DNA of 29,678 bases from Hormoscilla sp. (GCA_051439505.1 JBFRWI010000141.1:1-29678), one strand, 5' to 3'. Counted from the first letter of the stretch, positions 9,004 to 18,917 are shown. The notes: a model not told the origin generated them from the sequence alone. Translations and numbers: made by a program.

Positions 9004-9345
9004 CTAGGAACCACTAGCAGTCGCCATCACTTGACGAGTACGCCTTTCATATTCAAGGCCAGAGATAATATGTTCGGCGGGGATACCAGCAGCAATAAGA
9101 TCCTCGGTCAACCCGTCCTCAAAATTATCCAGTTCAATGACGATTAGGCGATCGAGCAAGCGAGCGTGAAAAATGATAGAATCCATCCAGCGTTGCTTAT
9201 CGTAGCCAGTAGCCAGAACCAAGAAGTGACCGGTCTCGGTATCGCAGACAGGGTAAACCTTAATCGCTTGTACGCGAGGTTGGTCGCGAGTAGCCTCTTG
9301 CAGAGTTTGCTTCAGTATTTCTGCATAATTTAGTGAATGTTCCAT
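9004..9345 (-). CDS. xisI: XisI family protein
   Basis: D-x-x-x-GHFLV, FHARL and DNFEDGLTEDLIAAGIP-x-EHII pattern; overlaps the end of xisH. Confidence 0.88.
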   Translation of the reverse strand: MEHSLNYAEILKQTLQEATRDQPRVQAIKVYPVCDTETGHFLVLATGYDKQRWMDSIIFHARLLDRLIVIELDNFEDGLTEDLIAAGIPAEHIISGLEYERRTRQVMATASGS

Positions 9346-9749
9346 TGCACAATAACCTCTTGCTTGGGTTCGTAAACTAATAAATTAATTTTATTTCTCT
9401 CGACGGCTAGCTGAAATATTTGGGTTTGGAAATCTCGAATATAAACCTCTTGACTAATAGCAAGAAACAACTGCCGTTCAGGTTCTTGTCCGTCCAAAGC
9501 CCATTGGTAAAGTTGAAGCTGTCCCATAGCTTTTTGCAGTTCATTAATAGGTGAAGAGGATCCGAAGCCTTTCAGTTCGACAGCAATTAGACGTTCTTCT
9601 TTCTCAGCAGCTAACAACTTTTCTGCTCCCAAATCAGCTTTCAAGAACGTGTTCCCTAACACTAAGAGGTACGGGTCATCCGTAATCGTCCATCCGTCTT
9701 TTTCAAGGGTGCGACGCAGGGAGGAATGATCTTTATCGCGTCTAGACAT
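9330..9749 (-). CDS. xisH: XisH family protein (PD-(D/E)XK fold)
   Basis: LEKDGWTITDDP, ADLGAEK, IAVELK, AMGQ and LFLAI motifs; start set at MSRRD (9749). Confidence 0.92.
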   Translation of the reverse strand: MSRRDKDHSSLRRTLEKDGWTITDDPYLLVLGNTFLKADLGAEKLLAAEKEERLIAVELKGFGSSSPINELQKAMGQLQLYQWALDGQEPERQLFLAISQEVYIRDFQTQIFQLAVERNKINLLVYEPKQEVIVQWNIH

Positions 9750-9818
9750 ACATGTATTATCTCTCATCAATTGGCTTAACGTGCCGTAGGCGATCGAGCA
9801 CCGGCCAGGCTAAGGGCA

Positions 9819-9847
9819 AATATAGCTTATCTAAAGCACTTTGTCAA
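9819..9847 (-). promoter_or_regulatory. sigma70-type promoter TTGACA-N17-TATATT for xisHI
   Basis: Perfect -35, 17-nt spacer and 5/6 -10 match, about 70 bp upstream of xisH. Confidence 0.65.
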
Positions 9848-9954
9848 TAGCCAATGCCGGAAATCTCCTCTGCTCGCCCATAGCATCTGCCGTCTGGAAA
9901 CGCGATCGGGGGATAACACAAAACCAAAGTTTCCTTAGTCACCAGTAGGATGGT

Positions 9955-9983
9955 GAAACCCGGGTTTTCCAAAAAACCGGGTT
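9955..9983. repeat. GAAACCCGG..CCGGGTT palindrome downstream of leuB, possibly acting as a terminator
   Basis: Inverted repeat; a related copy lies at about 16697-16729. Confidence 0.55.
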
Positions 9984-10000
9984 ATTGCTGCAAATAAGGG

Positions 10001-11095
10001 TTAATTTGGGTTACCCTCAAGGGCACCAATTAGCGCTTCACCCATGGCGCGACAACCCACCATTTTCATGCCCTCTGACATGATATCACCGGTGCGATAT
10101 CCCCCATCCAAAACTTGCATTACTGCTTGTTCGATTTTCTCTGCGGCTGCGGGTTCGTTTAACCCATATTTTAACATCATCGCCGCACTCAATGCTTGGG
10201 CTAAGGGATTGGCTTTATCTTGTCCCGCGATATCCGGTGCGGAACCATGTACCGGTTCAAATACCCCCGGACCCGATGCCCCTAAACTTGCAGATGGTAA
10301 CATCCCAATACTGCCCGTCAGCATGGCTGCGGCATCGGAGAGAATGTCGCCAAACAGATTTCCCGTCACGATCGTATCAAACTGTTTGGGCGCACGCACT
10401 AACTGCATCGCAGCATTATCCACGTAAAGGTGAGAAAGTTCTACATCCTGGTATTCTGAAGATAAAAGCAAAATGCGATCGCGCCATAGTTGGGAGACTT
10501 CCAAGACATTTGCCTTATCCACAGAACATAGCTTACCGCCCCGCTTGCGAGCAGTTTCAAAGGCGACCCGCCCGATGCGATCGATCTCAGCTTCAGTATA
10601 AGCCATAGTATTGACGCCCCGCTGTTCGCCCGTTTCCGTAGCAAAGACTCCCTTGGGTTTGCCAAAATAAATTCCACCTGTCAATTCCCGCAGCACCATA
10701 ATATCTACGCCTTCGACTACCTCTCGCTTCAAGGTGGAAGCATCAACCAACTGAGGTAAAATCGTCGCGGGGCGGAGATTGGCAAACAAACCCAAACCCG
10801 ATCGCAGTGCCAGGAGTCCCGTTTCTGGGCGCTGATGGCGGGGAAGGTTATCCCACTTGTAACCCCCGATCGCCGCCAGTAACACGGCATCGCTGTTACG
10901 GCACATTTCCAGGGAGTCAGCGGGCAGAGGTTCTCCCGTGGCATCGATCGCGACACCCCCCATCAGGGCTTCGGAAAATTCAAACTGGATATCGTATTGC
11001 TTGCCAATGACGTTCAGGACTTCTACTGTCACAGCCATGATTTCCGGACCAATGCCGTCGCCCGGGAGTAAGGTAATGCGGTATTTTTGGGTCAT
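10001..11095 (-). CDS. leuB: 3-isopropylmalate dehydrogenase
   Basis: [33 protein letters not shown] and [12 protein letters not shown] motifs. Confidence 0.98.
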   Translation of the reverse strand: MTQKYRITLLPGDGIGPEIMAVTVEVLNVIGKQYDIQFEFSEALMGGVAIDATGEPLPADSLEMCRNSDAVLLAAIGGYKWDNLPRHQRPETGLLALRSGLGLFANLRPATILPQLVDASTLKREVVEGVDIMVLRELTGGIYFGKPKGVFATETGEQRGVNTMAYTEAEIDRIGRVAFETARKRGGKLCSVDKANVLEVSQLWRDRILLLSSEYQDVELSHLYVDNAAMQLVRAPKQFDTIVTGNLFGDILSDAAAMLTGSIGMLPSASLGASGPGVFEPVHGSAPDIAGQDKANPLAQALSAAMMLKYGLNEPAAAEKIEQAVMQVLDGGYRTGDIMSEGMKMVGCRAMGEALIGALEGNPN

Positions 11096-11160
11096 CTTCA
11101 CTTCTTTAGCTTGTCAGCTATTATCATACTCTATAACTCGACAATTCAATTAGTCTCCTG

Positions 11161-11214
11161 GCCCGCCGGGGGTTCAAACCCCCGGCTAATAGCTAAAGTC
11201 GGTTAAAACCGACT
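11161..11214 (+). repeat. Double-hairpin dispersed element, copy 2 (5'-truncated)
   Basis: GCCGGGGGTTCAAACCCCCGGC-TAATAGCTAA-AGTCGGTTAAAACCGACT. Confidence 0.9.
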
Positions 11215-11531
11215 AAAAACATTGTCTGTTAAGCTATAGGTCCATGTTTTGTACACTTTAGCTATTCTACCTGGGAATGGTATTCTGAGGATCCCGCCTC
11301 CTATCATGGCCGAGGTGCAGAGTCACATCGGGAATATTTTCAATAAAAACGGATTTGTAAAGTTTTGTAAAATTAGGTTAAGAAATGTTCTGGAGAGATA
11401 GAGGGCATTATAATAGGAAATGATGGGGGAAATACCGAGGGAGTAAATTCAGTTTCAATTTCGGAAACTTTGACCCAAGGCAGTAGAGAAAAGTTAGGCT
11501 AGGATTAACATAACTCACCAACCTTGCAGCT

Positions 11532-12482
11532 ATGGCACAAGAACTGGCAATTTGCACCCGTGGACTCACTAAACAGTTCGATCGCCACATTGCGGTCAAC
11601 GATATGGACTTGGAAGTGGAAATGGGTGAGGTCTACGGCTTAATTGGACCTAATGGGGCGGGGAAAACTACCCTGATCCGCATGTTGGCAACCGCTGAAG
11701 AACCCACGACCGGGGAAATCTATATAAATGGCGATCGCCTGCTACGGGACCAAAGCAACCCGACTCTCAAGCGTCGCCTGGGCTATCTCCCGGATGATTT
11801 TCCTCTATATGACGATCTCACGGTTTGGGACTATCTGGACTATTTTGCCCGTCTCTACCAACTGCGAGACCCCCATCGCACTCAACGACTATATGAAGTT
11901 CTGGAACTGGTGCAGCTGACGAACAAACGCAATAGTCAGATTTCCACCCTCTCCCGGGGGATGAAACAGCGGCTTTCTCTGGCCAGAACCATTATCCACG
12001 AACCAATTCTGCTACTGCTAGATGAACCGGTCTCAGGGTTGGACCCGATCGCCCGGATGCAGTTTCGGGAAATCATCAAAACATTGCAGTCAGCGGGAAT
12101 GACAATTCTGATTTCCTCTCACGTGCTCAGCGACTTAGCAGAACTCTGTACATCTGTGGGTATAATGGAATTAGGTTTTCTGGTGGAAAGTGCATCACTC
12201 AAAGAGCTTTACCAGCGTCTCAGCCGCCAGCAAATCCTCATGTCTACCCTGGAAAATACGGACGCCCTAGTTGCGGAACTAAAAAATCATCCGCAAGTTC
12301 AAGGGTACTCACTGCTGCCTTCTAAGGGTCAAGTGCGGGTAGATTTTGCCGGGGATGAGAAAGAATGTGCTACATTATTACGAGCGATCGTGGCTGCTGG
12401 CATTCCCCTAACGGAATTCCACTGCACTCAAGAAGATTTGGAAACAATATTCCTGAAATTAGGCCACAAACAAGCATCATAA
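11532..12482 (+). CDS. ABC transporter ATP-binding protein (ABC-2/exporter type)
   Basis: Walker A GPNGAGKT, signature LSRGMKQR, Walker B LLLLDEP, SSH switch. Confidence 0.96.
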   Translation: MAQELAICTRGLTKQFDRHIAVNDMDLEVEMGEVYGLIGPNGAGKTTLIRMLATAEEPTTGEIYINGDRLLRDQSNPTLKRRLGYLPDDFPLYDDLTVWDYLDYFARLYQLRDPHRTQRLYEVLELVQLTNKRNSQISTLSRGMKQRLSLARTIIHEPILLLLDEPVSGLDPIARMQFREIIKTLQSAGMTILISSHVLSDLAELCTSVGIMELGFLVESASLKELYQRLSRQQILMSTLENTDALVAELKNHPQVQGYSLLPSKGQVRVDFAGDEKECATLLRAIVAAGIPLTEFHCTQEDLETIFLKLGHKQAS

Positions 12483-12500
12483 TGTCAGCGACCAGCGAAC

Positions 12501-12628
12501 ATCCGTAGGGTGGGCACCGCCCACCATTCCCGATCGTCGCTAGTTATCCGTAGGGTGGGCACCGCCCACCATTCCCGATCGTCGCTAGTTTGGCAGGCAC
12601 CGCCCACGAGGCCCGATCTTCGCTAGTT
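12501..12628 (+). repeat. 45-bp tandem repeat containing a GTAG REP (2 exact units plus 1 degenerate)
   Basis: ATCCGTAGGGTGGGCACCGCCCACCATTCCCGATCGTCGCTAGTT at 12501 and 12546. Confidence 0.9.
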
Positions 12629-12677
12629 TAGCAGTCATAGAGGAACGAGAGATTAATTATCAAAGGATACAGGGAAA

Positions 12678-14348
12678 ATGACAAATATTTTGATTAACAA
12701 GTTGGGAGAATGGAATCCCCAGTTGTTCCGAGAAGTGAAAGGCCGGCTGAAAATTAGGAATGGCGCGATCGCCCTGGCAGTATCTGTTTTTAGCCAGTTG
12801 CTATTAGTCTTTGCATTTTTGGAAAAACTTCCGGGTGTTAGACAGTCCCGACACCGATACTGCACGGGGGAGGCGAAATCTTATTATACAGGATACGAAT
12901 GCCTCGCGGACAGCTTCGGCAATCCCGATATAAACTGGCAGTTGTGGTGGACGGATATATTTATCTGGATGAGCGTGATCGGGATCTTCACTCTATTAAT
13001 AGTGGGGACATATATGCTGATTAGCGACCTGGACCGAGAAGAACGTCGCGGCACCTTGAACTTCATTCGCCTCAGTCCCCAGTCTACTCAAAGTATTTTG
13101 ACGGGCAAACTGCTAGGAGTGCCGATTTTGCTCTATGTGGCGACAATAGGGGCGATGCCATTACATCTGTGGTCGGGAGTGGCGGCCCAGGTTCCTTTGG
13201 GTCTGATTTTAACCTTCTATGGGGTAACTTTTGCAAGCTGCATTTTCTTCTACAGTGCCGCGCTGCTGTTTGGTTTAGTCAGTTCCTGGATGGGAGGGTT
13301 TCAAGCTTGGTTTGCCAGTGGCATGCTACTATTTTTCTTGACGGGTACAACTTCTATGCGGATTCTGGAAAACCCCATGGATATTCTGAATTTGCTTTCT
13401 CCCTCTACTCTGCTGGCCTATCTGGTTCCCGACCAGTTTGTAGAATACGTGCGGATTTTCGGTTACAGTACCGATGACCTACTGTCTTACTTGCATGATT
13501 GGCGATGGTTTCACTTGCAGGTCGGGATCAATGAGGTCGCGATCGCAGGGTTTATGGTATTAAATTACGGCCTGTGGACGATCTGGATTTGGCAAGCCCT
13601 GAACCGTCGTTTCCGCAATCCTAATACTACCACCCTGAGTAAGGCCCATAGCTATTGGTTAGTGGGTGGTTTGGAAGTTTTGATGGTGGGATTTGCCCCC
13701 CTGTACGGTTCAAATCATGACTTTTCGGAAAGCTTGAGTTTATTACTGTTAGGAAATTTGTTCCTGTTTGCTGGTTTAATCGCCGCCTTGTCACCCGGAC
13801 GGCAAGTTTGTATTGATTGGGCCCGTTACCGACATCAGTCAGATGCTCACCGCCAGCATCTTTGGCAGGATTTGATGTGGGGTGAGAAAAGTCCTGGGGT
13901 AGTGGCGATCGCCCTGAACCTGATCGAAGCTCATCTCATCCTATTACCCTGGGTTATACTCTACCAAAACTCAAACTCCAAAATGGCGGCGATCGCCTAT
14001 CTGCTTTTGAGCATCTCTATGCTGATGCTATACGCCTCGATCGCCCAACTGATGTTATTAATGAAAACTCAGAAACGGGGGCTGTGGGCAGCTAGCACCG
14101 TAGGGGCGGCAATTTGCTTGCCACCATTTATGTTAGCGGTGCTGTCCATTTCCCCAGGAGAAAATAATCTGCTGTGGATGCTTACAGCCTTTCCCTGGGC
14201 GGCTTTTAAGTACGCATCAGCCATGACGGTTATTGTCTCCTTTGTCGGACAGTTAGGCGTCGCAGGCATGTTAAACTGGCAATTGACGCGACAGCTACGA
14301 TTTGCTGGATCTTCAGCATCCAAAGCCCTCCTCGCCGGGCGTCAGTAG
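12678..14348 (+). CDS. ABC transporter permease subunit
   Basis: Many TM segments; WNPQLFRE and EERRGTLNFIRLSPQ..GKLLGVP motifs; follows the ATPase gene. Confidence 0.88.
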   Translation: MTNILINKLGEWNPQLFREVKGRLKIRNGAIALAVSVFSQLLLVFAFLEKLPGVRQSRHRYCTGEAKSYYTGYECLADSFGNPDINWQLWWTDIFIWMSVIGIFTLLIVGTYMLISDLDREERRGTLNFIRLSPQSTQSILTGKLLGVPILLYVATIGAMPLHLWSGVAAQVPLGLILTFYGVTFASCIFFYSAALLFGLVSSWMGGFQAWFASGMLLFFLTGTTSMRILENPMDILNLLSPSTLLAYLVPDQFVEYVRIFGYSTDDLLSYLHDWRWFHLQVGINEVAIAGFMVLNYGLWTIWIWQALNRRFRNPNTTTLSKAHSYWLVGGLEVLMVGFAPLYGSNHDFSESLSLLLLGNLFLFAGLIAALSPGRQVCIDWARYRHQSDAHRQHLWQDLMWGEKSPGVVAIALNLIEAHLILLPWVILYQNSNSKMAAIAYLLLSISMLMLYASIAQLMLLMKTQKRGLWAASTVGAAICLPPFMLAVLSISPGENNLLWMLTAFPWAAFKYASAMTVIVSFVGQLGVAGMLNWQLTRQLRFAGSSASKALLAGRQ

Positions 14349-14498
14349 CGCTACCCTAAAGGGCAGCGCTACAAGAACAAAGCCCGCCTGCGCGGGCTAG
14401 CTGTTAGCTTCTCTGTAGGGTGGGCACCGCCCACCGCCTCTCTTTTCCCTCACGGAGTCAGGAAACGAGAGTACAAATATCAATTGAGGAAAGCGGTT

Positions 14499-16010
14499 AT
14501 GAACATACCTTTACTAAATCAAATGAGCGAGTGGAATGCCCAGTTTTTTCGAGAAATAAAAGGGCGGATGAAAACTCGATCGGTGATGATTGCAGTCCTG
14601 GCATCTCTGGTGGGTCAAGCTATGCTAATGATGGTTTGTTCCCAAAGCAAATGTCTCAGATATGCTGCTGATAAATCTTGTGCGGCCTATGAGTGGCAGT
14701 TCCAGTGGTCTGACGCCTTCACGTTTCTGGACTGGTGCCTGCCCTTCATCCTGCTAGTTTGCGGTGTCTATCTGCTGATCGGCGATATGGCGAAAGAGAG
14801 ACGTCGCGGCACCATGAATTTTATTCGCTTAAGTCCCCAGTCCAGCCAAAACATTTTCCTAGGCAAACTGCTAGGAGTGCCAGTATTGGTGTATTTAGGA
14901 GTTGCTCTGGGAATTCCCTTGCACTTGGTGTCTGGCTTAGGATCTGGAAGGTCATTGATTGGGATTTTAGCTATCTATAGCCTTTGGGCCGCTGGTTGTT
15001 GTCTGTTTTATACAACGGCTCTGCTGGTGAATTTCCTGAGTAATCCTGAATGGGGAGAACAATCTCAAGCTGGGGGTGGTGGCTTCTTGGCGAGTATGCT
15101 GGCAATGCCTTACATCAGCCTACTTTATGGTAGCTGGGATTTTTACAGTTCGACATATACCCCCGATTGGGAATGGTTCTTTTTGCCAATTGGCTCAGTG
15201 CCAATATTTGCCTATGGCTTGGCAATGGTGACCTTGGGAATGGCAAGTTACTGGATTTGGCAAGCCTTGAATCGTCGTTACCAGAATCCTAACAGCACTC
15301 TCTTGAGCAAACAGCAGAGTTATTGGCTAACAGCTAGCTTTCAAATTTTGCTCTTGGGGTTCTTTTGGCCAGAAATATCGGACAATACTACCGTTCTCCA
15401 AGGCCAGCTATTCTTTGTCAGCATTGTGAATTTATTCGCGTTTTTGGCTCTGATAATGGCGCTTTCGCCTCACCGGCAAGCTTGCCTTGATTGGGCCCGT
15501 TATCGGCATCAACAAGAGTCTCATCGCTCCTTACTACAGGATCTGATCTGGGGTGAAAAAAGTCCCGCCGTTCTGGCGATCGCGGTCAATCTCGCCATTA
15601 CTACTGCCATCTGGATGCCTTGGGTGCTGCGATGGCCTGAAGGTGAGGAAAAGATAGCCGCAGTTGGAGGGATGTTGATCTGTGCTAATTTGATCTCGAT
15701 CTATGGGGCGATCGCCCAGTTAGTGCTATTGAGCAAATTACCGAAGCGGGGATCTCTGGCAACGAGCACGGTTTTTGCCAGTCTATTGTTGCCACTCGTT
15801 GTTGTGGTCCAGGAGAAAACAACTCCTATGTTCTTGATGTTTGCAATTTTTGGCAGCGCATTTTGGGCTATAGGAGAAGCATCCGCGATCGGGATTTTTA
15901 TGGCAATCTTGGGTCAATGGAGTATCCTGGGATTGTTGAACTTCCAACTGACGCGCCAGTTAAGAAAATTTGGAGAATCTCATTCCCAAGCACTTCTTGC
16001 TGGAAGTTAA
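14499..16010 (+). CDS. ABC transporter permease subunit (paralogue of 12678-14348)
   Basis: Same motifs (WNAQFFRE, ERRRGTMNFIRLSPQ, DWARYRHQ, WGEKSP); ATG at 14499 follows GAGG. Confidence 0.88.
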   Translation: MNIPLLNQMSEWNAQFFREIKGRMKTRSVMIAVLASLVGQAMLMMVCSQSKCLRYAADKSCAAYEWQFQWSDAFTFLDWCLPFILLVCGVYLLIGDMAKERRRGTMNFIRLSPQSSQNIFLGKLLGVPVLVYLGVALGIPLHLVSGLGSGRSLIGILAIYSLWAAGCCLFYTTALLVNFLSNPEWGEQSQAGGGGFLASMLAMPYISLLYGSWDFYSSTYTPDWEWFFLPIGSVPIFAYGLAMVTLGMASYWIWQALNRRYQNPNSTLLSKQQSYWLTASFQILLLGFFWPEISDNTTVLQGQLFFVSIVNLFAFLALIMALSPHRQACLDWARYRHQQESHRSLLQDLIWGEKSPAVLAIAVNLAITTAIWMPWVLRWPEGEEKIAAVGGMLICANLISIYGAIAQLVLLSKLPKRGSLATSTVFASLLLPLVVVVQEKTTPMFLMFAIFGSAFWAIGEASAIGIFMAILGQWSILGLLNFQLTRQLRKFGESHSQALLAGS

Positions 16011-16116
16011 GTTAATGTACTTCGCCGTCACCCTAAAGGGTGCGGCTACTCGAACAAAGCAATGTCATTGCGAGCGCAGCGCGGCAACCGCCTGCGCGGG
16101 CTATATTGCTGGAAGA

Positions 16117-16181
16117 GCGATCGCCCTTCACAAAAATTTACATGGGGCCGAATGCCAGATATCTCTTTCGTTGGTTACGAT
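16117..16181 (+). promoter_or_regulatory. HIP1-anchored repeated promoter-like element, copy A
   Basis: GCGATCGCCCTTCACAAAAATTTACATGG..ATGCCA-N18-TACGAT; homologous copies at 20300, 21095 and 21399. Confidence 0.6.
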
Positions 16182-16228
16182 CTGGATATAGTCTCGCTAT
16201 TGAACAGCATGACAGATGGAATCAACCC

Positions 16229-16507
16229 ATGCTTAAAGACATTATCAAAGTTCAACCATTAGACAAATATAACCTCCGCCTTTCTTTTGAAGATGGAGTG
16301 GAAGGAATAGCAGACATCAGCCAATTAATCGAATTTACAGGAGTCTTTGAAGCATTAAAATTTAAAGCCTATTTTGACGGAGTAAAAGTCAACCCAGAAT
16401 GGGGAACAATTTATTGGGACAATGGCGCGGACTTAGATCCAGACGTTCTTTATGCTGTCCTTACTTGTCAAGATATTCCCAATTATCAATTAGGTAAAAC
16501 CGGGTAA
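16229..16507 (+). CDS. DUF2442 family protein (antitoxin-like)
   Basis: V-x-PL-x-x-Y-x-L-x-L-x-F-x-DG and GTIYWDNGADLDPDVLY motifs; the 5' extension in the ORF track is repeat-derived. Confidence 0.85.
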   Translation: MLKDIIKVQPLDKYNLRLSFEDGVEGIADISQLIEFTGVFEALKFKAYFDGVKVNPEWGTIYWDNGADLDPDVLYAVLTCQDIPNYQLGKTG

Positions 16508-16510
16508 AGC

Positions 16511-16631
16511 TGTTCAAACCTTATCCCTTACCCGCTAACCTGCCGGTGGTTGTTCAAACCTTATCGCTTACCCGCTAACCCGCCGGGGGTTCAAACCCCC
16601 GGCTAATAGCTAAAGTCGGTTAAAACCGACT
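16511..16631 (+). repeat. 40-bp tandem duplication running into double-hairpin element copy 3
   Basis: TGTTCAAACCTTATC(C/G)CTTACCCGCTAACC at 16511 and 16551; hairpins at about 16578-16631. Confidence 0.85.
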
Positions 16632-16767
16632 ATAAATATAATCAAAATTGTAACAAAATGGACAATTATAACATACAGATTATTGCCGATTTTTTAAGAA
16701 ACCCGGTTTCTTGAAGAAACCGGGTTTCTGGGCATTTTTTTTGCCAAAAGTTGCTCTACCTTATCCC

Positions 16768-18147
16768 TTACCCGCTAACCTGCTGAGATATATTTTTCGC
16801 AAACTCCTTAATCACAGGTTGCAGGATAAAGCCCGATGCTACCGTTCCGGAAAAATCGGAGTCTGTCACTTTCTCAACTAAACAACGTCTCTTCAAAGAC
16901 TGTACTGCTTTCCACAACTCGGGCTGAGATAAGGGTAAGTTTCGCGGCTTTCGGGAAATATCTACTGCTACATCTTTACTCCCTAACCAAATTAGCACCT
17001 GTTTCTCTGAGGAGGACAACCTTTGATAAGATTCCTGCAATACTCGTTCTAGATCTCCTAAAAATACTGTGGGACAAGATAATAATTGACTGACGCTACC
17101 GTTAAATAATTCTTGGATAGTAGAAGCAATTATATTTAACCACAATGGGTTGCCGCTGTAAAGGTCGATTAGTTCTAACCATCTATCTTCATCTCTCAAT
17201 CCTTTGCTTTTCAAGATTTCTCCCCCTGACTCTCCTAAACCTTGCAGTTGTAATGTGCGACAGTGGCGGTTTTCCACCGTGGCCATTTCTATCGGTTGTT
17301 CCCAACTCAGCAGTAGCAGGCAACTTTTGTGGCCCGATCGCCCGATAATTTTTAAGAATTTGCCGTAATTTTCATATTCTGGTAGGTAAGTTCCGGCTAA
17401 TTCGCCACTGGCGCAGATTTCTTGCATGTCGTCGAGTACGATCAGACAGGAGTGCGATCGCAGGTAGTCAAGGATCCCAGGTAGTTGAGTTGCTGGCGGT
17501 TCACTGAGAAACTCAATTAAGTTGGTTGTGAGGGAGTTGAGGGTGGCAAATTGACTGTGACTGCGCCAGATCACCCGATCGAACTTGTCTTTGATTTGTT
17601 CGACGAGTTCTCTGGCGAGGGTGGTTTTACCGATACCGGATAATCCGAAAATGGTGACGATGCGGCTATTTTCTCCGAGGATCCATTGTTTCAGGGTCGT
17701 TAGTTCCGAAGTGCGGTTGCAGATGCGATCGCATTCCGGTGCATCGGTGAGATCGTGGCGTTTTTCCGGTTTCAGGTTGTCTGGGGTGCTAGAGGGCGAT
17801 CTATTTTGTGCCGTTTCGCCAGAGTGCAGACTTTCCCCACAGACATTGATGTTACCTCCGACAAATTCACCGAAATTTAAATTAGAGATATGATAGCGTT
17901 CCATTGCCGCGCGGAAGTTTGATTTCTTGACTTCCTCGCCTAATTCTGCTGATACCAGTTTCAATAACTTGCTGGCGACTCTCTTGACGTTCGCTTCCGA
18001 ACAGTGGTAGCGATCGGCGGCAATTTCCCTGTAGTTGGTATTATCCCAGATCCCGGTCAACACCTCTTGTTCCAGGGTATTCAAGTGTTTGCCAGTTTTG
18101 GCTACCACTAACTCATCTAGCCATTTATAGACTTCTTGGACATCCAT
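16768..18147 (-). CDS. N-terminal HTH plus NB-ARC/STAND ATPase lacking C-terminal sensor repeats
   Basis: HTH-like N-terminus (YREIA..YHCSEANVKRVASKL), DLTDAP, Walker A GLSGIGKT, Walker B LIVLDD, GNPLWL, winged-helix-like end (SLKRRCLVEK). Confidence 0.88.
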   Translation of the reverse strand: MDVQEVYKWLDELVVAKTGKHLNTLEQEVLTGIWDNTNYREIAADRYHCSEANVKRVASKLLKLVSAELGEEVKKSNFRAAMERYHISNLNFGEFVGGNINVCGESLHSGETAQNRSPSSTPDNLKPEKRHDLTDAPECDRICNRTSELTTLKQWILGENSRIVTIFGLSGIGKTTLARELVEQIKDKFDRVIWRSHSQFATLNSLTTNLIEFLSEPPATQLPGILDYLRSHSCLIVLDDMQEICASGELAGTYLPEYENYGKFLKIIGRSGHKSCLLLLSWEQPIEMATVENRHCRTLQLQGLGESGGEILKSKGLRDEDRWLELIDLYSGNPLWLNIIASTIQELFNGSVSQLLSCPTVFLGDLERVLQESYQRLSSSEKQVLIWLGSKDVAVDISRKPRNLPLSQPELWKAVQSLKRRCLVEKVTDSDFSGTVASGFILQPVIKEFAKNISQQVSG

Positions 18148-18332
18148 GGGCGATATAGATATTGGTTTTGGGGTATTGTACTACTTTTTTCACCCTGCTG
18201 CAACTTTTGGTGACTAAACTCTCCCTTTTTCACCTCATTGGCGCGAGAACAAGTTTTTTAAATTCTATACTAAACTCAACTTTTTTTGACTGTGCAAATT
18301 ACCGATAATAGGTATTCTGAAAAAGAAAGCGT

Positions 18333-18410
18333 TATAGCGGTTTTAACCCTCATGAGGTACATCCTTTACACTTGGCACTACCAGTGATAGCTGGTTCTCC
18401 TGTACCTTAT
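18333..18410. repeat. Degenerate TATAGC-ended MITE-like remnant
   Basis: Starts TATAGCGGTTTT like the element at 23774; ATGAGGTACA pairs with TGTACCTTAT; right end eroded. Confidence 0.4.
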
Positions 18411-18455
18411 GTTGTGACACCATTCAACATTTCTGATTCAGAGGACAATTAAAAC

Positions 18456-18917
18456 ATGGAACTGAATGTAGATCTAGTCAAAGATGAGGTTGTTATAAGT
18501 AAGCACAAGTTCTCTTACGGATTATTGCTTTTCTTTGTCAAATCACATTTCTGGCTCACCAACAAAAGATTTATTGCTCATTACCCTAATTTTGTTGCAT
18601 GGATTATACCTGTAGGTGGGAGCACGGTTACTTATCCGTTAAAGCAGATTCAATCTGTTCTAGCTGAGAAAAGTTTCAAAATTTTTGCGCCTCTATTTTG
18701 GGGTGTTTTTTGGCTAATTGTTGGCATGGGCACGCTCGAAATAGGAGTGGGATTGCTATTTATTTTGATTAGCATCTTGAACTTTGCTAACATTCTCAGG
18801 ACATATATTTTGGTCATGTCGGGAGGATCTAAAACAAAATATAAATATGTTCCCTGGGAATCCGGAAATGCCAAGAAAATGGTCGAGCAGCTAAACGGTC
18901 TAATAGCAGAAATTTGA
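18456..18917 (+). CDS. Hypothetical membrane protein, AT-rich
   Basis: GAGG upstream; central two-TM hairpin; WLTNKR motif reminiscent of bacterial PH-like domains. Confidence 0.75.
   Translation: MELNVDLVKDEVVISKHKFSYGLLLFFVKSHFWLTNKRFIAHYPNFVAWIIPVGGSTVTYPLKQIQSVLAEKSFKIFAPLFWGVFWLIVGMGTLEIGVGLLFILISILNFANILRTYILVMSGGSKTKYKYVPWESGNAKKMVEQLNGLIAEI

Noticed and set aside
9004..9749. fdxN-type excision element
   Set aside because: No recombinase and no interrupted host gene visible; leuB and the neighbouring genes are intact
12501..12628. Possible mini CRISPR array
   Set aside because: The sequence between palindromes is identical in both units, so it is a tandem REP duplication
16040..16228. 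N-terminal extension of the DUF2442 ORF, and MPDISF as a DUF4160 start
   Set aside because: The extension runs through repeat DNA, and ATGCCAGATATC belongs to the repeated promoter element with no conserved reading frame among copies
16511..16600. CRISPR-like look of the GTTCAAACC-starting repeats
   Set aside because: Contiguous 40-bp tandem units without unique spacers; no cas genes in the window
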